64,000 nt of DNA from an uncultured Candidatus Saccharibacteria bacterium (GTDB lineage Bacteria; Patescibacteriota; Minisyncoccia; Phycocordibacterales; EsbW-18). The DNA lies in assembly GCA_964478705.1 (NCBI GenBank), contig CAYZIR010000004.1, positions 2,905-66,904 on the forward strand, written 5' to 3'. Positions 57,574 through 64,000 of the stretch are shown here, one piece after another. Numbering within the stretch: position 1 is the stretch's first letter; the number at the start of each line of letters is the position of its first letter. Under the pieces are notes generated by a model, which had not been told where the DNA came from, searched no databases, and was given only the letters and a program-made list of their open reading frames with translations. The translations under genes and the position numbers were made by a program.

Positions 57574-58443
57574 ATGAAAACACTCATGGAATCAGTCGTG
57601 GAAGCACGATCGCGTGGCGTTGCGGTCGGACACTTTAACGTTGCGAATGTGGACATGTTGAACGCAATTGTCTCGGCTGCACAAGAAGCGGGTGAGCCGG
57701 TCATCATCGGCGCATCGGAGGGGGAGCGCGATGCAATTGGTATCAAAACACTCGTATCACTCATTGCGGAAATCAACAAAACAAGTTCCGTACCGATTTA
57801 CCTAAATGCCGATCACACCTACTCGGTTGAGCGCGTGAAAGAAGCGATTGACGCTGGGTTTGATGCAGTGATTTTTGATGGCGCAAAACTTTCATTCGAT
57901 GAGAACCTTACGCAAACCAAAGAATGTGTCGCGTATGCACGTGCCTCTGGTCGAAATGTGATTGTCGAAGCAGAACTCGGATTCATTGGCGCGGGGTCGC
58001 AACTCCTCGACGCCATTCCTGAAGGCGCTGCGATTACGGAAGACATGATGACCTCAATTCCTGACGCCGTGAAGTTTGTCACTGAAACCGGCATTGATAT
58101 GTTTGCGCCTGCGGTTGGAAATATTCATGGAATGCTTAAGAATGCTGCAAACCCACGTCTCTCGGTTACTCGTGTTAAAGAGATCGCGGATGCAACCGGT
58201 GTGCCGCTGGTGCTTCATGGCGGCTCGGGTACAACAGATGATGACTTTGTGAATGCTATCAAAGCGGGTATCGGCATTGTTCACGTCTCAACAGAGCTTC
58301 GCCGAGCGTATCGCCAAGGATTGATGCAGGGACTTACCGAAAACCCAGACGAGATGGCGCCATACAAATATATGAAGCAGGCGAATCAAGCGGTTCGCGC
58401 GACAACCATCGCACGCATCAAGCTCTTTGCGGGGAAAGCATAG
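57574..58443 (+). CDS. fba: fructose-bisphosphate aldolase, class II
   Basis: ...VAVGHFNVANVDMLNAIV...LNADHT...LHGGSGT... motifs. Confidence 0.9.
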   Translation: MKTLMESVVEARSRGVAVGHFNVANVDMLNAIVSAAQEAGEPVIIGASEGERDAIGIKTLVSLIAEINKTSSVPIYLNADHTYSVERVKEAIDAGFDAVIFDGAKLSFDENLTQTKECVAYARASGRNVIVEAELGFIGAGSQLLDAIPEGAAITEDMMTSIPDAVKFVTETGIDMFAPAVGNIHGMLKNAANPRLSVTRVKEIADATGVPLVLHGGSGTTDDDFVNAIKAGIGIVHVSTELRRAYRQGLMQGLTENPDEMAPYKYMKQANQAVRATTIARIKLFAGKA

Positions 58444-58529
58444 GAAACTAAGAGAACCTCAAAATGGCTTGATTCTAGGGCGACTTTGTGCCATTATGGC
58501 GCTATCGCTCAATCACTTGAGCTTTTTCT

Positions 58530-59186
58530 ATGACAAATCTCACTATCGAACAACGAGACGCCAAGGCATCGCTTGATGCGCTCCGCAAGGCAGGGAAAAT
58601 CCCGGCTGTTTTTTACGGTCCGAAAGAAGAGGCAACGCCGATTGCTGTTGATGCAAAAGAGTTCGGTAAGGTGCTCAAAGAAGCTGGTGAATCAACCGTC
58701 GTTACACTTGAGGGCGTTGGCGAGTCAAAAGACGTGATGATTCACGATATTGATCACAACCCAGTGTCCGGTGCAGTCGTGCACGTTGACTTTTATGTTA
58801 TCGAGAAGGGTAAGAAAGTTCGCACACACGTTCCTCTTGAATTCATCGGCGAAGCGCCAGCAGTCAAGTCACTTGGTGGTACGCTTATGAAAGTGCTTCA
58901 CGAAGTTGAAATCGAAGCGATGCCAAAAAATCTCCCACACGGCATTGATGTTGATATTTCAGTTCTTGCAACATTCGCCGATCATATCGCTATCAAAGAC
59001 TTGCGTGTACCAGAAGGTGTTGAAATCTTGAATGCACCGGACGATACCATTGCATCGGTCGCACAGCCGAAAGAGGAAGTTGAAGAGCCAGTCGCAGCAA
59101 TCGACATGGAATCGATTGAAGTTGAGAAGAAGGGCAAGCAGGAAGAAGGGGGCGCGGAGGCTACTCCCGAAGAGACGAAAGAATAA
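58530..59186 (+). CDS. rplY: 50S ribosomal protein L25 / general stress protein Ctc (bL25) with an acidic C-terminal extension
   Basis: ...RKAGKIPAVFYG...VHVDFY... bL25 fold motifs. Confidence 0.85.
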   Translation: MTNLTIEQRDAKASLDALRKAGKIPAVFYGPKEEATPIAVDAKEFGKVLKEAGESTVVTLEGVGESKDVMIHDIDHNPVSGAVVHVDFYVIEKGKKVRTHVPLEFIGEAPAVKSLGGTLMKVLHEVEIEAMPKNLPHGIDVDISVLATFADHIAIKDLRVPEGVEILNAPDDTIASVAQPKEEVEEPVAAIDMESIEVEKKGKQEEGGAEATPEETKE

Positions 59187-59216
59187 CAAACGCGGACAGA
59201 ACGCAGAACAACGCGG

Positions 59217-59285
59217 AACACTCCCAGAGATGGGAGTGTTTTCATTTCATACAAAACACACGGTCTTATTCGCGCGAATAAGACC
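59217..59285. terminator. two adjacent hairpins (cactcccagagatgggagtg+TTTTC; acacggtcttattcgcgcgaataagaccgtgt) forming a convergent terminator region
   Basis: Read directly between rplY (+) and the VOC gene (-). Confidence 0.65.
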
Positions 59286-59304
59286 GTGTATATGAGGGCT
59301 TGCG

Positions 59305-59694
59305 TTATTTCTTTTCGAGTAACATGACAGGACGTCCGTCGGGGTCAGCGACATAGACGAACTTCATATCTCCACGTTGCACTACGTCTTTCCGCCAATC
59401 TCCATAGGACTCGATGTTTCGGAGCGTCTCCTCGATTGAAGACACTTCAACCATCAACGCATCACGCCTGAACGTTGGTGAAGCGGTGTAGATTTCGACC
59501 ACAATGTCGGAAGACATGGGATGTACTTCGAAGTGAAGCGGTCCACCATGTTGGTGTTCGTTTAAAGTGAATCCGAGTGCCTCGTAGAATGTGGCGGTGT
59601 CTTGTCGGCTTGATGCTCGTAGAACGATTCCGGCAAATTGTGTAGTCACGACTCCTCCATGCGCATGCGTGCTGTTCCGGAGCAATCTTACCAT
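59305..59694 (-). CDS. VOC-family (glyoxalase/bleomycin-resistance fold) protein
   Basis: 129 aa, ...FYEALGFTLNEHQHGGPLHFEV... paired beta-alpha-beta-beta-beta modules. Confidence 0.6.
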   Translation of the reverse strand: MVRLLRNSTHAHGGVVTTQFAGIVLRASSRQDTATFYEALGFTLNEHQHGGPLHFEVHPMSSDIVVEIYTASPTFRRDALMVEVSSIEETLRNIESYGDWRKDVVQRGDMKFVYVADPDGRPVMLLEKK

Positions 59695-59766
59695 TTCTTG
59701 GCACCAAAGAAACAGTTACATATGCTACGCAAAGAGATGCTTTTAATGTGCTACGATTAAGGTTCT

Positions 59767-61179
59767 ATGTTTGGGAGAGTTCATTTTTATGTCAGAGGTT
59801 TTTTCGTGCTTCTCCTGCTCGGAGTAGTGTTTGTGACGACGTTTGCCGTTGCTCTGCCGTCTGACGCCTATGCAGCACGTTCCAAGGAAGAGCAGGATGC
59901 ACGCGATGAGCGGGAGGCGATTGAGGAGCATGAGCGTGAACTTCAAGCGCAACTTGAAGCGAAGATGAAAGAAATCGCACAACTCTCTGTGTATGCCGAC
60001 CAGAAGAGTCAGGAGCGCGTGTCTTTGGAGCGGGATGTTGCACTCCTTGAAGCGGATATCAAAAAGGCACAGCTTGAGATTCAAGCAAGCACCATCAAAA
60101 TCAATCAGCTCTCAGGCGAGATTCATGAACGCACCAACACCATCGTGGCGCTTTCAGAAAAGTATGACCGCCAGAAAGCACAACTCGCGAACCTGATTCG
60201 CACCACCAACGAAATTGATGACTATTCGTTGGTTGAAGTGGCACTTTCCAAAGAAAATATCTCCGAGTTTTTTGAAGACCTCGATTCGTTCGATGCCATC
60301 TCTGTATCGCTTCAAGAATCGTTCCGCGATATCGAAGTGACGAAGGCGGACACTGAAGTTGAGAAAAAGTCACTTGAAGGCGCAAAGAAGAAGGAAGTTG
60401 ATCTTAAATATGTGCAGGAGGTCGAGCGATCAAAAATCGAACAGCAGGAAGCGGAGAAAGAAAGTATTTTGACGGTCACGAAAGGGCAAGAAGCGGTGTA
60501 TCAGCAGATTCTCCAACAGAAACGCGCAGAAGCGGCACGCATCAGCGCACAACTCTTCGCACTTCGCGACACCGAAGGCATCAAATTCGGTGACGCGCTC
60601 GAGTATGCGCGCGAAGCGTCAAGACTGACCGGCGTGCGCACAGCATTTCTCCTTGGAATTCTTAAACAAGAGACCGACATCGGTAACAATCTTGGCTCGT
60701 GCGTGATTTCGGATTTGAAGTCGGGCGAGACTCGAAGCGTTACAAGCGGAACGGTGTACGCAAATGGTATCCACCCGACCCGCGATCTTCCGATTTTCCA
60801 AACACTGATGGATACACTCGGTCGCGAACCACTTTCCACTCGTGTGTCATGTCCGTGGGGGGGAGGATATGGTGGTGCGATGGGTCCTGCACAGTTTATT
60901 CCTTCAACATGGAACGGATACATCGCTCGACTCGAAGGTATCCTTGACGAATATCCTGACCCATGGAATCCACGCCATGCATTCATTGCATCAGCGGTGT
61001 TCTTGGCTGACTTGGGTGCGGGAGCAGGTGGGTACAGTGCAGAACATGAAGCAGCAGCACGCTACTACGCAGGAGGAAACTGGCAGACCGCAGGGCAGGG
61101 CTATGCGAACAGTGTGCTGAACCATGCACAAACCATCCAAACAACAATGATTGATCCGATTGAAGATGCAGAGGACTAG
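59767..61179 (+). CDS. secreted coiled-coil protein with C-terminal lytic-transglycosylase (MltB/SLT_2-like) domain
   Basis: Signal/TM, about 250-aa heptad coiled coil, then ...GAMGPAQFIPSTWNGY... Confidence 0.6.
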   Translation: MFGRVHFYVRGFFVLLLLGVVFVTTFAVALPSDAYAARSKEEQDARDEREAIEEHERELQAQLEAKMKEIAQLSVYADQKSQERVSLERDVALLEADIKKAQLEIQASTIKINQLSGEIHERTNTIVALSEKYDRQKAQLANLIRTTNEIDDYSLVEVALSKENISEFFEDLDSFDAISVSLQESFRDIEVTKADTEVEKKSLEGAKKKEVDLKYVQEVERSKIEQQEAEKESILTVTKGQEAVYQQILQQKRAEAARISAQLFALRDTEGIKFGDALEYAREASRLTGVRTAFLLGILKQETDIGNNLGSCVISDLKSGETRSVTSGTVYANGIHPTRDLPIFQTLMDTLGREPLSTRVSCPWGGGYGGAMGPAQFIPSTWNGYIARLEGILDEYPDPWNPRHAFIASAVFLADLGAGAGGYSAEHEAAARYYAGGNWQTAGQGYANSVLNHAQTIQTTMIDPIEDAED

Positions 61180-61271
61180 ACCATTTCGTTTTTTTTACGC
61201 GCGACTATCAGAGAAAACAGGGTGGTTGTGTGTATAATAGATGTATTGTTCGTTCAGCTAGGTATCACTCC

Positions 61272-64000
61272 ATGAAGAAATTATTTTCATTTTTCACCAT
61301 TTTTGCTCTCGTCGTTTCTGTGATGCCATCAGTGACACTTGCAGCGGCACACTCATGGAGTGAGATACATCCAGTAGAAGTTGCTCCCAACAACTGGGTG
61401 GCCATTGATTCTGACGATGATGGTTCAAATCTTATTGCTATCGCCAACAACAGTCGCCTCTACACCTCATCAAATGCTGGGGTAACGTGGGTTGAGCGAC
61501 AGCCGGCAGGAGATAATAATTATCAATGGCAGGGAGTTGCTTCCGACGCCGACGGCTCGAACCTAATTGCTGTACGAAGTACGGTGATTTATACATCAGA
61601 TGACAGTGGTGCAACATGGACGGTGCGCGATCCAGGTGCTGTGGAACCACTGTGGCGTCCGGTCGCTTCCGACGCCGACGGTTCGACGCTCCTTGTTGCT
61701 GATATCTCGAACGGTGATCTATACCTGTCGACTGATAGTGGGGAGAACTGGACCGAAACAGAGCCGGTAGCGGCGACGATGGTTTCTTTTCTTGGTCTCG
61801 CTTCCGACGCCGACGGCTCGAATCTGATTGTTGTTTCGAATGAATATGGGGTATTTACATCAAGTAACGGTGGCACGAACTGGACCGAACGTGCACCAAC
61901 TGGTAACGCGGTTGATGGTGGATGGCGATCAGCAGCATCAGATGCTGATGGTTCATCCCTTGTTGTGTCTGGTGATAGTGGGTATCTTTATACTTCGAGT
62001 AACAGTGGTGCAAACTGGACACTCCGTGAGCCAGAAGGCCCCTCAAACACTAATTGGGTATGGGTTGATATGGGCTCCGATGGTTCTGCAATAATCGCTG
62101 GACCTGGCAATGGAAACACAGGCTCTCCATATACCTCAGCGGATGGGGGAGCAACGTGGTTCGAAGAGGAGCCCAACAACGAACTTGAGACGGGTTGGAT
62201 TGTTACTTCTGATGCAGATGGATCACATCTGTTGGTTGTTGCCTTAAATGACTCACCAGACTCGATCTACAGGGCGCCAGACAGTATTGCGCCCGCGATG
62301 ACTTCTCGTGATCCGGTGGATGATTCTACGGAGGTAGTACTAAGTCCGCAGTTCACCCTTTCGTTTAACGAGGACGTTGCGACATCAACCGGTGATATAA
62401 CACTCCACCTTGCTTCTGATGACAGCACGGCTGAGACGTTGAGTATTGCCTCCACGTCGGTTTCTATTGATGGGAATGCTCTTAGTTTTACCTTTGCTAC
62501 AAGGCTTGAGCGCGAGACGGACTACTACATCCTTATTGACGAAGGAGCAATCGAGGATATGTATGGGAATTCATTTGCAGGGATTGATGATGAAACCACA
62601 TGGAATTTCACTACGATTCCGCCATTTGCTATTACTTCTTTCGATCCTGAGGACGATGAGGATAATGTATCTGCAAACAAAACTGATTACACTGTCCACT
62701 TCAACGAAAGCGTTTTTTTAGGAAGCGGTTTCTTTACGCTCAAGAAAGCAAGCGATGACAGCACGGTGCAAACATTCGATGTTTCTGATGAAGAACAGGT
62801 TTCTCTCTCTGATACAGCTCTGTATCTTGACCTTACTCCCCCGCTCGAATACGGCACAGACTACTATATTCTTTTGGATGCGGGTGCAATCGAAGATGAA
62901 GGGGGGAACCCGTTTACCGGCATCAACGATGAGACAACATGGAACTTTACAACCGAAGATGAGCCACTACCGCTCGCATTCGAGTTTGAGCGTGTGAGCC
63001 TCAACGAAATCGGGGAACAGGTCTTCGACCCTAACCGAAATCCAAGCATATCTGCAGACGGCCGGTATGTTGCATTTGAATCAGGATCCGACGGGATTGT
63101 TTCTGACGATACCAATGGGGCCGCTGATATCTTCGTGTACGACCGGACACTCGATACTGTTGAGATAGTAAGTGTTAGTGATGAAGGAGAGGAAGGAAAT
63201 GAAAACTCTCAAAACCCCACCATTGCTCCGGACGGCCATTATGTGGCATTTCAGTCAGCTTCAGACAACCTCGTCCCTGATGATACCAATGACAAAATCG
63301 ATGTCTTCGTTTTTGACCTTGATACTGACACGATAGAGCGTGTCAGTATCGGCGATCTTGGAGAAGAGGGAAACAATGTCTCTCAACGACCGTCACTTTC
63401 TGGAGACGGTCGCTATGTTGCTTTTTCTTCAACCGCGACCAACATTGTTGATGATGATACGAACGGCGCGAGCGATATTTTCGTCTATGATCGTGATACG
63501 GACACCGTACAACGTCTCAGTGTGAACAGTGAAGGGGAAGAGGGAGATGCTACCTCCCTCCAGCCGTTCATTTCTTCCGACGGTCGTTACGTGACTTTCC
63601 GATCAAATTCAACCAATCTTGTTGATGATGACACCAATGATGTAACCGATACGTTTGTCTTTGACCTTGATACTGACACGATAGAGCGTGTCAGTATCGG
63701 CGATCTTGGAGAAGAGGGAGATGGCGATTCATTTAGTGATGGCATCTCAGATGATGGGCGGTATGTCCTTTTTGCTTCGGAAGCATCGAATCTTGATGAG
63801 GATTGTACAAACGGCATAGGCGACCTCTTTGTCTATGATCGAACTGACGATTTCATCGAGTGTCTCACGGGTGTTCATGGTGTAGAAAATTCATTTGTGA
63901 ACGGTGGCGACATATCAAGTGACGGCTCGCTGGTCGTCTATGGGTTGTATGACGAAAACGAAACATACGCGCATATATACCTCTATGATAGAAACGCTGA
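61272..64000 (+). CDS. giant secreted protein (3' partial, runs off the window): BNR/Asp-box beta-propeller, two Ig-like domains, then TolB-type PD40 repeats
   Basis: Uninterrupted frame from ATG 61272 to the window end, absent from the ORF track because there is no stop; signal peptide MKKLFSFFTIFALVVSVMPSVTLAAA; six S-x-D/N-x-G-x-T/N-W BNR motifs; repeated DGRYVAF.S...NLV.DDTN...DIFVYD PD40 units. Confidence 0.7.
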   Translation, partial: MKKLFSFFTIFALVVSVMPSVTLAAAHSWSEIHPVEVAPNNWVAIDSDDDGSNLIAIANNSRLYTSSNAGVTWVERQPAGDNNYQWQGVASDADGSNLIAVRSTVIYTSDDSGATWTVRDPGAVEPLWRPVASDADGSTLLVADISNGDLYLSTDSGENWTETEPVAATMVSFLGLASDADGSNLIVVSNEYGVFTSSNGGTNWTERAPTGNAVDGGWRSAASDADGSSLVVSGDSGYLYTSSNSGANWTLREPEGPSNTNWVWVDMGSDGSAIIAGPGNGNTGSPYTSADGGATWFEEEPNNELETGWIVTSDADGSHLLVVALNDSPDSIYRAPDSIAPAMTSRDPVDDSTEVVLSPQFTLSFNEDVATSTGDITLHLASDDSTAETLSIASTSVSIDGNALSFTFATRLERETDYYILIDEGAIEDMYGNSFAGIDDETTWNFTTIPPFAITSFDPEDDEDNVSANKTDYTVHFNESVFLGSGFFTLKKASDDSTVQTFDVSDEEQVSLSDTALYLDLTPPLEYGTDYYILLDAGAIEDEGGNPFTGINDETTWNFTTEDEPLPLAFEFERVSLNEIGEQVFDPNRNPSISADGRYVAFESGSDGIVSDDTNGAADIFVYDRTLDTVEIVSVSDEGEEGNENSQNPTIAPDGHYVAFQSASDNLVPDDTNDKIDVFVFDLDTDTIERVSIGDLGEEGNNVSQRPSLSGDGRYVAFSSTATNIVDDDTNGASDIFVYDRDTDTVQRLSVNSEGEEGDATSLQPFISSDGRYVTFRSNSTNLVDDDTNDVTDTFVFDLDTDTIERVSIGDLGEEGDGDSFSDGISDDGRYVLFASEASNLDEDCTNGIGDLFVYDRTDDFIECLTGVHGVENSFVNGGDISSDGSLVVYGLYDENETYAHIYLYDRNA
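63313..63719 (+). repeat. two perfect 59-bp copies (63313-63371 and 63661-63719), 348 bp apart, inside the PD40 repeat region
   Basis: ttgaccttgatactgacacgatagagcgtgtcagtatcggcgatcttggagaagaggga occurs twice identically. Confidence 0.8.

Noticed and set aside
1-64000. CRISPR array or cas genes, rRNA genes, transposases or integrases
   Set aside because: No short regularly spaced direct repeats, no Cas-like domains, no IS/transposase or tyrosine or serine recombinase signatures seen in any ORF.

Overview
This window looks like a contiguous chromosomal segment of a small-genome, probably CPR/Patescibacteria-like bacterium (inferred from gene content; about 50% GC; not database-confirmed). The supporting traits are a split transketolase, a short Obg, dense glycosyltransferase content and giant secreted repeat proteins. 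Housekeeping blocks are interleaved with accessory material. They comprise tRNA-Leu; a peptidoglycan block (acyltransferase-3, Alr, PgeF, Mpl, later MurB); RsmI; SecA/DedA/MYG1/Obg/GatB; and a glycolysis/pentose-phosphate block (GAPDH, RpiB, Rpe, split Tkt, FBA, PfkB kinase) with L25. The accessory content has seven parts. (1) An ~18 kb cell-surface glycan cluster (14.5-32.5 kb) holds about 8 glycosyltransferases, 6 SAM methyltransferases, a Wzx flippase and a Wzy/O-antigen-ligase-TPR protein. (2) A VirD4/TraD-like coupling-ATPase has a long disordered tail and sits behind small overlapping genes with palindromic operators; it is followed by a lamin-tail-domain secreted protein. (3) A 1.48k-aa tail-fibre-like surface protein ends in a peptidase-S74 intramolecular-chaperone domain. 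(4) A giant BNR/PD40 beta-propeller secreted protein (more than 900 aa) runs off the 3' end of the window. (5) Three GC-rich (~58-60%) islets each have their own promoter and terminator; one encodes an OMP-like beta-barrel protein that is unexpected for a presumably monoderm host. (6) Two unannotated structured-RNA candidates each have an intrinsic terminator; one shows the P18/CR-V and P4 hallmarks of RNase P RNA. (7) A 60-bp relic of the transketolase 3' end sits behind an inserted gene. No CRISPR array, rRNA or recognisable transposase was seen.
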